A stretch of DNA of 64,000 nucleotides from Ostrea edulis (Eukaryota), in contig NC_079168.1 in assembly GCF_947568905.1 (NCBI RefSeq), forward strand, positions 14,322,001-14,386,000, given 5' to 3'. Shown here in pieces: positions 12,803 to 24,229 of the stretch. A model generated the notes under the pieces. That model had not been told where the DNA came from. It saw only the letters and a list, made by a program, of their open reading frames with translations, and did not search any database. Each line of letters begins with the position of its first letter. Position 1 is the stretch's first letter. Made by a program: the position numbers and the translations under genes.

Positions 12803-13278
12803 AGGGGCATGGACATAATTTGAGCTGAAAATTTTCAAATTTTAGTTTTCCATTTTTAATGTTTACAATGCCTAACTAAGGTATTTCTTATGGTCAGCAA
12901 ATATTTGAATGCTGGTTGTTGAGTTACAAGAGAGATACAGAGATCACAATTCTTTGTTATGTAAACAAGGCTTATGTCATGTTTTGTTTACATAGGTTAA
13001 ATATACAAGTTTTATTTAATGTGATTTTTCAAATTACAAGTTAATTCTAAACAGTTTCTAGTGTTTGTCACTTCTCATTTTGCTTTGAACATGATATTTT
13101 GTATTAAGCCATCTATATGAAAACAAAAACATAACAAAGAATTGTGAGTGCTGTATCTCGACAACTGATATTAAAATTTTCTATGACTATTAGAAATACC
13201 TTAGTGAAACATTATAAAATATTAAAAATGGGAAAATAAAATTTGAAAATGCTTAGTTCAAATTGTGTCCATGCCCCG
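12803..13278. mobile_element. Kolobok-like non-autonomous element, 476 bp, TTAA TSD
   Basis: TIR (a/c)ggggcatggaca(t/c)aattt, with TTAA at 12799-12802 and 13279-13282. TTAA plus purine termini fits Kolobok rather than piggyBac. Lies between the NAA80 and CHAC2 3' ends. Confidence 0.8.
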
Positions 13279-14106
13279 TTAAAAAAGAATATGTTAAAAG
13301 GGCACTAGATGTTAACTAGGATGTAAAAAACTTTTAAAATTTAATTCTGAACTATGATTAAAATGCTGAAATTTGTTAAAATATGAAGAAAAATAAAATA
13401 AATGTGAGAGTGAAAAACAAGCAATCTACAATTGACTTTCTGAAATGAAAATTATGTAAAGTTTCTCTGCAATGGCTTATATACTTCCATACAATGTTTC
13501 AGCCATTGTTTCTGTATAAACAAAAAAATCCTAATGTGAAAACTGAAAATTACAACAAAAGATAGCAAGATATACATGATACATTTTAATGTGTCAGTGG
13601 TGGTTTTTACGTATTAATGTAAAGCTGTTTCAGTCAGTTTGGTAACAATTGGCAAACGTGACTTTTGCAGCTAATGCCCTTTTAAGATAAGGCTGAATTA
13701 AAGAATAATGTTTGTTTCCCCTTTTTGGCCTATTATTTTGACCTATGGGTACCAGTGGGTAGGATATCATTAATGTTTTATCTGTGGGGCCAAAAGAGTA
13801 AAATAGTGACATTCAATAAGCAAATCACTATTACTACATTTATTATATATAATATATACTAGTAGTCTAAACAAAATTCTGAGTCAGCTGAGAAAAGACA
13901 AGGTGTCATACCTATTTAATAAATTGTTTCATACTTGTTAATAAAAATAAATGTATCTTGGGACAGAAATAGCAATAAAATATTTGGAGTCAGGACATTT
14001 TTTTTTTGAGGTTGGTCATAAAGGGGAAACAAATTTCAAGTTTAATCCTTATGATACATGTGACTTGTGAGATTGTACCCTCAGAGGTTAAAACACTGAA
14101 TCACAA

Positions 14107-17100
14107 TCATGACTCTATAAATTCTTCACAAAGTTTTATAACTTCAGCCTCCAGCTCGAATAAATGAGAATCATGAACATGAGGAGAAATTTTTCGCACT
14201 GCTTCGGCTAAATTTAACAAGTATTCTGTGTTTTTGCCACTCGGACCCACAGAGTTCACAATTTGCTGCGCGATATCTGTTATAGGTGCAGGTCCAAGAT
14301 AATTCGTATTGGTCTCTGTTGCCATGTAAATTGTCAGAGGAAACGGGTCAGGCGTGTCGTCGTCGGGGTGAAATACTTCCTCAACAGAAGTGTAACCTCC
14401 TTTTTCCCTGTGGTCGAGATGAGCTCTTACAGACTCCACGTTTTCTGGTGCGATCTGATAGGCCACACCCCACACTTGTTCCTGTCAAAAATTCACCAAA
14501 AATGACATGCTTGCCACAGACATAAAATGACTTTAAAATACCTGTACACTGTAGAACAAATTGATAGAGTTTAGTTAGGTCATGTTCAGTCATTTATAAT
14601 AGATTACTGTTGCATCAGAGAGGAAGAAATGTCACAGCAAAGGAACTCCACCCTAGCAAGAATATGTAGACTAAAAAAATCCTTCTATGAATTAGAGTAT
14701 AATTACTGTATCTTTAAAGTTTTTATGCGCCTGTCTTTAGATGGGATGTAATATGGCACAATGATTTCTGTACGCCTGTCTGTCCATTTGGGGTTTTCTG
14801 TATCTATTTTAATTTCTCTGTCACATATGAAGCTGAAACTTGCTATGCAGTTCTTTAACGATCACTACAGAAGATGTAACAATTTTGATCCATTTTGACC
14901 TCTCCTGCAGGGGTTTTGCAACTATATTTGAGATATTTACTGTTATATGGAGAGGACATGGTTTGTTCATCTAACTCCACCCACAGTTTTCAAGTGAGGA
15001 CCTTATTTTATGGAGGTTGTTGAATTTAGTCAGTTTTAGGAAATATTAGTATTACATAGTAAGTATAGCAACAACCACGCTCGCTAGGTGGCGCGTCATG
15101 TTCTATTTTTATTTCTACAGGAAAAGTGGGACGAGGTTCCACCCTATTTTTTACGGGCTAGTATGGATAAACCTAGAGCCTACGAATGATGCGAAGTTGA
15201 TCGTTCGGATCTAAAATAGCTATATTTAGCGTATCTCACGTGATTAGGCACATTCCAGAAAATCCCTTTGAGATTGAAGCGATTAAGCAGAGCGAGTATA
15301 TGTAAACATTTACTTAACGGTGAAATACGCAACAAAGAGTGGCATATTAATACATTTTATGCATGAATAAATTATACTGAGGTCAAACACGGATGATAAT
15401 TGCCCGTGCTCATATAGTATTTGATTGATTTAGATATCCAAGGAAAGATAACATTATTAACGTACGTACTCACAACGTACCGGTGGTATACAATAATACA
15501 ATGTTTATACATTTCTGAATGATGATTGAATCTTTATTTTCATCAGAATCTTTTCCATCACACTCACAGACCAGGTCCCCATACCCCTACCAGTGTCAAT
15601 CTGTGACTGATAGCAGTGCGGTAGTTAATTTGATATAGTCTAGGGGAAATTCGAAATATGGTAGTGACATTTCTTCCTCACTGAATTAGCTGGATTTTTA
15701 GCGTTTAAAGAAAAGTGGGGTATGGACTGGGGGGTTAAAAATGCTATTTGCCAAATTTTCAACAATATTAATTACAAGGCAAGGCAAAAGTACAAGGCAA
15801 GGCAAAAGGGGTCATAAGCTACAGATGATGGAATTTTCACTTGCAGGTTGCACTGCCACTAGTTACACTTAATTAGTGACTTACTTACAGATAAATAAAG
15901 TAACTTACAAATAATTTATTTATTTATTTTTCTATCATTTCATTTCATTTTTTTTAATATCATGGTTTGTACTTGAAGAGTCATCGCAATAAAGGGACAT
16001 TAATTATTAGTGTTACAAAAAAATCTGATCATGCAGTTTTTAAATTTCTGAATTTTGAAAAAATAAAAATAAATAAATAATAGATTCTGATACCACTCAG
16101 CCTCCCGACTGGCCAGAGAGTTCTGCTTTTGTCAGTTCTGATGCAACTAGCTCAGCCCCCAGACTGGCCAGAGAGTCCAGTGTTTCGGACCCCCCCCCCC
16201 CCCCCCCCCCCCCCCGACAGCTCTACCAGAAGTTCTCGGAAAAAGACTTGCTGATGTTTAATAAATCAGTTTTCCTATTAATTTAACTTTTGCTCCTGTT
16301 CATCAGTTCATTTAGGCTATGGCCCAATCTGATTAAATTTAAGATCGTTGATCCGCTCCGTATTCCTTTTCCTTTCCTGTATCTGTGAAGTCCAGAGGTG
16401 AGATATATTCTTTCCAAAACACTTAAGAATATTCATGGAACAATTTAGTAAGGGGGGGGGGGGGAGGGGGATACAAAATTTTACACAGAGCTCTTCGTTG
16501 TCTATCTACCATTTGTCAAAGTTTTTAAGCTTGACATTTTATTCATATGTTGCAAAGGAAGGTACGTCACGGTGTGATTATGGCTGTATGTACCTTGAAT
16601 ATCATTGAGTAAAGTTCTACGACTTGTTTTTTTGGTCGTGTTTGCTAATCAATGTCAAAATAAAAAACCCACATAAGAGGGTGTATTATGTACTGTTTCC
16701 AATACCCTTGTTATACACTGGTAGCACAGGCACTTGTTTCTGAAAATAAGTCATGAACTTATGACCTCTAGTATATAGAGGTAATAACTTATTTACAAAA
16801 ACAAGTACTTGTGATTGGTAGGGTAACTTACCTCGGGATTCTTAGATTTGATTAATGTTACAACTCTTCCTGGCTATTCAAAAAGAAGAAAAAATATCAT
16901 TGGTTATAATGTAGAACAATTTTTATTCTAGATAAGATTTATGTGATTAAAAGGTGTAAATGATAAATTTACGTTGTAAATCTCAATCTGTGCATGTTTA
17001 AAAAAAAATGCGATCACATTTAGCACGTTTCAGAATGAAGTCTTAACCCACACCCCTCCCCCTTTCGTACACAAACCTTTCCAGGAATTCCGCGGTGATC

Positions 17101-17211
17101 TGTGCTGCCTTGCCAAAACCTTCGTTGGTAACCCTTTATATACCCCACAACCTGTCGATGAATCGGGAAATCAATCTTCCAAATCAACGACCCATACCCA
17201 AATACCCACAT
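14107..17211 (-). CDS. CHAC2: Glutathione-specific gamma-glutamylcyclotransferase (ChaC family, CHAC2-like), 183 aa, complete
   Basis: Exons 17211-17077 ([12 protein letters not shown]...[16 protein letters not shown]), 16873-16832 ([14 protein letters not shown]; missing from the ORF track) and 14481-14107 (EQVWGVAY...LDHREKGGY...[10 protein letters not shown]...stop). All junctions are phase 0, GT-AG. Starting directly at MWVFGYGSL and the length fit CHAC2 better than CHAC1. Confidence 0.9.
14720..15060 (+). mobile_element. Degenerate HINE-like repeat fragment
   Basis: tttttatgcgcctgtc...ctgtctgtcc head and an actccacccacagttttcaa motif; recalled similarity only. Confidence 0.4.
16190..16215. 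repeat. C26 homopolymer (G26 on the CHAC2 sense strand)
   Basis: Directly counted. Confidence 0.95.
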
Positions 17212-17663
17212 GTTTCTTTCTAGAACAATGATCCTCTAGTAACGGATTCACCGGATGTGTACATCAGCTGGTAATGACGAAAGAGTTTTGTAGCGGTAAA
17301 TGTAGTTCCGCTGAAAGACCGCAAGTTCCGGATTGCGATTTTTTTTCAATATTTTTTAAACTAATTGTGTTGTACTGAATATGATTTGACGCTAAACTTT
17401 GAGTGATCTGATATATAAAAATCATATAACTTTATATGGAATTATTTTACAAACTGTAAGTAATGAAATTAATTACTATTTCTCTGCTTCAGACCAACTT
17501 TTAAAAAGTATAAACATGAAAGCACTAAACGAACAACACATTAACAACGACATCTTCACCGTGTAGCTATTATTTTAATAAAATCCTTAAATATACTCCT
17601 AGTACACATACTCTATTTAAAGAAATACTCACATGTCACAGTTGGTCTTCTTGTGTACAGAAT

Positions 17664-18418
17664 TCACAGCGGGTGTGACTTGTCGACAGGGGATGCTTAT
17701 TCATTCTAGGCACCTGATCCCACCTCTGGTTTGCCCGGGGGTCTGTGTTTGCCCAACTACCTATTTTGTATTGCTTATAGGAGTCATGAGATTGATCACT
17801 GTTCGTTATCTTCACCTTTCATTTGGTATTTGTTCTATGTTTATTTTGAATAAATATATTCAGAACTGTAGAACACACAGTTACACGCTTCTTGTTTATT
17901 TCAATACATTAAATTGGGACTTTCTAAAATGCTTGAATCCAGAATTCAATTCACATGTTCCTGAGCAAGTCATTGAAATACAATTCTTTGTAAAACAGTA
18001 ACATAGAAACACCCCATAATCTAGCGGAATTCTTGAATAAAAAATAAAATAAATAAAAGTATAGAGGTAGTTTAATTGATTGAAATAAGGTTTTGAAATA
18101 TAGTTATGCTGTCTGTACTTGTATTGATGTTGTGATAGTCAACAGGGAAGGGTGTCGTTATAGATGCTAAACAACTTCTTTAATCATCCATTACGTATAT
18201 TTCTTATCATTAACTGCTGTTTGATTTATCGTTTGTAACTATTTCGTATTGTAACTACTTCGAGTTCACAGGGATATATCTCCGTTTACCTGGTCAAGAT
18301 GTAGGGCTCACGGCGGATGTGGCCGGTCGACATGCAGGGGATGCTTACTCCTCCTAGGTTTTGTATTGCTTATAGGAGTTATGAGATTGATCACTGTTCG
18401 TTATCTTCGCCTTTCATC
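17664..18418 (+). mobile_element. Two direct-orientation fragments (~17664-17822 and ~18278-18418) of an abundant retroelement 3' end; class uncertain
   Basis: Both share gtcgac-aggggatgctta-tc and ttttgtattgcttataggagt-atgagattgatcactgttcgttatcttc-cctttcat. Confidence 0.65.
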
Positions 18419-18854
18419 TCAATCCACAGTCTAAGAACACAGGCACTTGAAATGGGGATGGCATGTATAGATCTTGTGTACATACACCCACCCACCCATC
18501 CAATGAAAAATAGATCTGGAACCAATGATTTAGAATTCCCCGCTGATCACCTTCATACGTGAGTTTTTTAAAAACTTTCTGTAAGCTTTAAGATGACCAC
18601 TTGTGAGATACTGATATGTCAGTAGTGGTCATCTCAAAAGCTTACAGAAATTAGAAAATTACTTATGAATATGATCGGCGGGTAAATAACATATTTTGGA
18701 TAAATCATTGATTCTTTATCTATGTACATAAGGTCTATACACATCCACACTACGGGAGCCTGTGCCGAAAGGAGGGTTCTTCATTATCCTGGTGTTGTAA
18801 CCAGGGTCCTTTTGTCTGACAGTACGAAAGCCAATTGGGATCACTTAAAAAAAA

Positions 18855-19135
18855 AATCTAAAGGCGTAATAATGCGAATCAAAGACGTGATAACGCCAAA
18901 TAAAGGCATATATAATAGCGCAAAGCAAAGGCGTAATAACGCGGATCTAAAAGGCGTAATAATGTACAATAAGGCCTTATAACGCAAAAGAATGGCGTTA
19001 TAACGAGAAAGACATAAATAAGGCGTATTAATGCAAATTAGATTAAGGCGTAATAACGCGATACAATGGCGTATTAACGCGAATTCAGAAGGTGTTATAA
19101 CCCGAGAGGCACGCGTATTAAATAATGCGAACGAA
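18855..19135 (+). repeat. Array of ~21-25-bp units with core aaggcgtaataacgcg
   Basis: About a dozen degenerate copies. An inverted counterpart lies at 22921-23185. Confidence 0.8.
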
Positions 19136-19300
19136 AGGTATATAAACAGTGTTTATTGAATATTATGCAATAGTCCAGGTATAGTGTAGTGTGCAGAGTG
19201 TTCTATACAAAGAATAAAACTATATTTGGGATTTAGCAACTTTAGCGATATTAGCTCATCCAGACGGAATGATCATCAGTACTTCTACATTGAAAAGGTG

Positions 19301-19454
19301 GTACCCCTACAGCCCCATACTGAGGGCGGAAAACGATAGTACCCCTACAGCCCCATACTGAGGGCGGAAAACGATAGTACCCCTACAGCCCCATACTGAG
19401 GGCGGAAAACGATAGTATCCCTACAGCCCCATACTGAGGGCGGAAAACGATAGT
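19301..19454. repeat. 38-bp tandem repeat, 4 near-identical copies
   Basis: gtacccctacagccccatactgagggcggaaaacgata starts at 19301, 19339, 19377 and 19415, with one substitution. There are no spacers. Confidence 0.97.
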
Positions 19455-19867
19455 CCTAGAGGTCCCCTATAAATCTAGCCTTCAAACTCCTTTTGTGGAC
19501 TCTTCAATGATTAAGTTGTTATTATGCTTCCTTATGATCTATATGATGTAAAATTGGGTACTTTCAGTTAAGGTAGCTCCATCCTCATGTGACTTATCTA
19601 TATTAATGGTTGAAAGTGGAAAAACTGATAACCAAAGAAAATGTGTACGTACTGTAGCTACCTTTTCTCAGACATAACAAAACAGAAGTATAGGTCAACA
19701 TAAGAAAAACACGTTTTCGTAAAACAGAATAATAAAAATAGATAAAGACTTGTTCAGATGACACATCTTTAATGTCAACAGTTTAGATAAACTGGTAATT
19801 TATAAATACATGTATGTATAAATTATTTTTGGATATTAATGAAATCATTGTGGAGCGGTGAGCCGGC

Positions 19868-19939
19868 GGCCAGTTAGCTCTGTTGGTAGAGCACCTGACT
19901 AGAGATTCGGGGGTCCCGGGTTCGAATCCTGGTTTGATC
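19868..19939 (+). pseudogene. tRNA-like sequence inside the 5' LTR (A box and B box, 8-nt anticodon loop)
   Basis: GGCCAGT-TA-GCTC-tgttggta-GAGC-A-CCTGA-ctagagat-TCGGG...GGTTCGAATCC. Cloverleaf-like, but the anticodon loop is non-canonical. Confidence 0.7.
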
Positions 19940-20104
19940 CGTTGCATTTTCTTCCTTCCTGTTACATTTGGTGCCGTAGACCAGCTCCTGGAACTGACAG
20001 ATGAAAATGCCTGCCAGGGGATAAAGATCCTAGGTTGATGTCTTCAGGTGTGAAGACATTTAAGGAGGGATGAATGTAGCGGTCAGCCTGGTTCGATCGC
20101 CGGT

Positions 20105-20182
20105 GGCCAGTTAGCTCAGACGGTAGAACACCTGACTATAGATATATTCAGGGGCCCCTGGTTCGAATCCCGCGGTCTGGTC
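20105..20182 (+). pseudogene. tRNA-like sequence inside the 3' LTR (A box and B box, 12-nt anticodon loop)
   Basis: GGCCAG...CTGGTC acceptor pairing, CCTGA/TCAGG stem, and GGTTCGAATCC at 20160-20170. Confidence 0.7.
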
Positions 20183-20517
20183 CGTTACATTTTCTCCCTT
20201 CCTGTTACAATTGTATTTAAACAATCAGTAGAGGAAATAACAGTATAGAGTTATTGCCCTTGATAACATCATATGATTATATATGGAAAATATAAACTTT
20301 TCCACTATCAATAGTTTACCCCCCCTTTTTTTAATCTGGCGAATAAATTTTCTCATAAATATATATTTATATCATGCTCAAAGTTCCCTTTATCAGTTTC
20401 GTTTCATTTGACCACCCTATATCCACTCATTTACAGAGATGTCTAAAAAAAAAAGTGGCTTCACCCTCTGGAGGGCCCGGGTACAGGTGGTACTGAGGGT
20501 TCCCTATTTTGCCTGTA

Positions 20518-21145
20518 TTTTTATACGCCCGTCGAAGACAGGACATATGGTATGGTGTCGTCCGTCCGTCTGTCTGTATCTTGTGGGCAGGATACAGGCC
20601 GACCGTAAGCTCCAGGATTATTTAACGTTAACTAGACCTTAACTGTCAGTTAAACTTAATTCGTCTTCGTACAACTAGGTCCAGGATATTACAACTTCGT
20701 ATATTTGATCACCATGATGAGAGGAAAATGTCTATTGTTTTTCAAGGTCAAATGTCAAGGTCACAGTATCACTTAGTAAGAAAACCTTGTAGACAGTATA
20801 CAAACCGAATTGTTGGGGTTAGGACCGTCAAACTTCGTACACATACACTTTATGCCAAGTGAAGGGTGCCTATTGTTTCTTAAGGGCAAAGGTCAAGGTC
20901 GTAGTAGCAGGATGCAAACCGATTCGTTGGGGGCAAGGACCATTTAGCTTGATACAGATATATCTTATTCCAAGTGAAAATATTACACAGAGAGTACATG
21001 ATTTGTCTTGGGTTTTTTTTCGATGCAAAGAAAGTATGTCACACCCTGATGATTGGTGATACTATTTGAAGGCAAGTTCTACAAATCATGGTGCAAGAAA
21101 AACGCCCTATATTACCTTTTCACGGGCGTATTATGTACTGTTGGT
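20518..21145 (+). mobile_element. HINE-like element with subterminal inverted repeat and 3' palindrome
   Basis: 5' ttttatacgcccgtc followed by a (gtcc/gtct)n microsatellite; 3' acgggcgta inverted partner followed by a gtac...gtac stem; internal aggtcaa-gtcaaggtc motifs. Confidence 0.65.
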
Positions 21146-21705
21146 GGTACTCTTTTTTGTTTGTTTTTAATTTGGGACATTACGTACGCCATTTCACTTC
21201 GCAGTATAGGCCCAATGCCTTTCAAAGGCGCAATCACAGTCAATTTTATTGGCAATGGGGTGGTTACTTGAAGGGAGACAATTCGTGATGGATCAAACGT
21301 GCTGGGGGACAACTTTAGATAAAGACTCTACCAAATTATGGAACAAGCGAGATAACTCTATTAAAAGTTAATATGAAATATCATGAAATTTTTATAGTGA
21401 CGTCAGTGTCAACATGACCTCCGAACCACTGCATGTGAATGGTACTGATAGATCGCTATTAATTATGACCCCTGAATTTGACCTCTAACGAATTGATTAG
21501 AAATAGCATTGTAAAAGCAATGGTCAAACCACAATCTTAGGTAGACTTGTTATACAGACACTACGTTATCATTTTTTGTGCACAATTAGCGTCCTGTTTG
21601 AATCAACTAGCAGTCCTGAACCTACGTAGGACGGAGATAGTTTGAATACCATTATATCTAACGTTACAGAGGTAGGGCTTTTATCAGACGTGTAATTATA
21701 CTATC

Positions 21706-22920
21706 CTTAGCTCACCTTCAAGCTCAAATTGGCTTTTCTCTGATCGTCCGTCTGTCTGTCTGTAAACTTTAAACATTTTCGACTTCATCTTCAGAACCAC
21801 TGGGCTAAACTTGGCACAAAATATCCTTGGTTGAAGGGAATAAGAATCGTCGCCCTATATATTATACTCCTGTTATTTGCAACGCTCTACGAGAAAATCG
21901 GTGATTTTACTATGGAACGTTGCATGCAACGCGTGAGTTATAGAGATGGGCTTTATTCCGTCTACTCTAATAAACTTATTTAGCTCCCCTCCCCCCCCCC
22001 CCCTAAAACAAAAAGAAGATTGGTTATTTTACTGTGGATCGTGGCCTGCAACGTCTTGATGTTAGATGCTATAATAGCATGATGGTAATATTTTTAATGT
22101 CAACGAGAAAAAAACCCCAACAACATAACTGACATTTGCTTGCTTATGATAATGTTAATGTAGCAGAAAAACTACAAATTATTTACGTACATGTGTATAA
22201 ATGTTTATATTTTTTGAAAGTACAAACCCCATATATATTTTGGTATCGTAATATATTCGGGAATCTAGTACCCCAAAACGTATACGCAACACGTTGCCGA
22301 TAGCAGTATATATAGCCGAAAGCTTCCTGACATAGAGATTTTCAAGTTTGTAAAAATCATGACCCCTGGGGGTAGATTGAAGTCCCAATAGTTGATTAAA
22401 GTTATACATGCGAATCATAAAGAAAACCTTCAAAATCATTTTCTGAAGAACAAAGAAAAGTGGAGATTTACCTGAAAGCTTCCTGTATATTCAATTTTGT
22501 TCAGATCATGGCCCCCAGGGGCAGGATTGGGCCACATTAGGGGATCAAAGTTTTACATGCAGATTAGATATGTATAGGAAAATCTTCTTAGAAATTCAGA
22601 ACCACTGGATCAATTTCAATCAAACTTGGAACAAATCATCCTTGCGTGAAGGGGATTCAATTTTGATTAAATGAAAGACCATGTCATGCAAAAATAGGGT
22701 GGGGTCATTTAAAAATCTCAAGAACCACTGGGCCAGAAAACTGAAATTTACATGAAATCTTCCTGACATGGTGGATATTCAAGGTTGTAAAAATCATGGC
22801 CGTTTGTGTAGAGTTGGACCACAACAGGGTATCAAATTTTTACATGCGAATATGTAGGGAAAATCTCTAAAAAATTTCTTAAGAACCACTGGGCCATACG
22901 AGTGGAAATTTAAGTGAAAG
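21706..22920 (+). mobile_element. Interrupted HINE-like element with Cg170-like satellite monomers (monomers ~22310-22920)
   Basis: ttagctcacc...ctgtctgtctgtaaac head at ~21706-21850. Monomers containing agaaccactgg, tttacatg and atcatggcccc match those at 23340-24200. Confidence 0.6.
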
Positions 22921-23185
22921 GCATTATAAGTACGCAGTGAGGTTTTTGAGGAGCGTCATAACGCCTTTTGATTCGCGTTATTACACATTTTCACTTCGTA
23001 TTTTATTTTAATAATGCCTTTTGAATTGTGTTACTACGCCTTTTTACTTCGCGTTATTACGATTTTCCTTCGCATTAATTTACCTGTTTCACGTTATTTC
23101 TCGTTCATTCGCGATAATACGCCTCTCTTTCGCGTTATAGAAGTAACACCTTTGTTATTAACACCTTTGATTTGCATTATTACAC
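22921..23185 (-). repeat. Inverted copy of the aaggcgtaataacgcg array
   Basis: Contains cgcgttattac and ataatacgcc units. The reverse complement of its right end (aggtgtaataatgcaaatcaaag) matches the left end of 18855-19135 (aaggcgtaataatgcgaatcaaag). Confidence 0.75.
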
Positions 23186-23259
23186 CTCAAGTGAGCTTTT
23201 CTAATCAAAATCTGTCCGTTGTCTGTCGTCGTCGTTGTTGTAAACTTTTCACAATTCCA

Positions 23260-23326
<67 letters not shown>

Positions 23327-24229
23327 CTTTCAAGTTAGTTCGAATAAAGAGCCATGCCCCCTTCAAAAGGGGAGATAATCACAAAAATGCAACAATAGGT
23401 TGGGGTCATTTAAAAATCTTCTCAAGAACCACTGTATCAGAGGAGTTGAAATTTACATGAAAGCTTCCTGACATAGTGCAGATTCATATTTGTTCAAATC
23501 ATGGCCCCGGAGGGTAGGTTGGGACCACAATAGGGGATCAAAGTTTTACATGGGAATAAATAGGGAAAATCTTTAAAAAATCTTCTTCTCAAGAACCACT
23601 AGGCCAGAAGAATTGATATTTACATGAAAGCTTCCTGACATAGTGCAGATTCAAAGTTTGTTAAAATCATGGCTCCCGGGGGTAGGATGGAGTCACAATA
23701 GGGGATCAAAGGTTTACATGCAAATATATAGGGAATTTTTTAAAAAATCTTCTCAAGAACTACTGGACTAGGAAAGTACAAATTTACATGAAAGCTTTCT
23801 GACATGGTGCAGATTGTTCAAATCATGGCCCCGGGGATATGATGGGGCCACAATAGGGGATCAAAGTTTTACATACAAATATATATGGAAAATCATTGAA
23901 AATCTTCTTCTGAAGAATCACTGGGCCAGTAGAGTTTACATTTACATGAATTTCCTGATACAGTGCAGATTCAATTTTTTCTTCTTCAAATAATGGCCCC
24001 CACAGGTAGGATGGGGCACAATTTTACATACTTATTGGGCCAAAGAAGTTTACATTTACATGGAAGCTTCCCGACATGGTGCATATTCAAGTTTGTTAAA
24101 ATTATGGTCCCCGGGGGTACGATGGGGCCACAATAGGGACCAAAGTTTTACATGCAAGTATATATGGAAAATCGTTAGATATGGGCCAAGGTGACTCAGG
24201 TGAGCAATGTGGCCCATTGGTCTCTTGTT
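23186..24229 (+). mobile_element. HINE/Helentron-like element carrying ~5 monomers of a ~166-bp Cg170-like satellite
   Basis: Head ctcaagtgagcttttct...gtcgtcgtcgttgttgtaaac. atcatggc(c/t)ccc recurs at ~156-169-bp intervals. The tail is ggtgactcaggtgagcaatgtggcccattggtctcttgtt. Confidence 0.8.

Larger units (their letters stand above)
19851..20209 (+). mobile_element. Terminal-repeat retrotransposon in miniature (TRIM), 359 bp, with tRNA-like LTRs
   Basis: 5' LTR 19851-19966 (TG...ACA) and 3' LTR 20075-20209 (TG...ACA). PBS TGGTGCCGT at 19969, purine tract aaggagggatgaa at 20062-20074, 4-bp TSD ATTG at 19847-19850 and 20210-20213. No ORF. Confidence 0.88.

Noticed and set aside
19301-19454. 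CRISPR-like look of the 38-bp direct repeats
   Set aside because: The units are contiguous with no unique spacers, there are no cas genes, and the context is eukaryotic.
19868-20182. Two functional tRNA genes
   Set aside because: The anticodon loops are 8 and 12 nt, the stems have mismatches, and both sit inside LTRs; treated as tRNA-derived cassettes.
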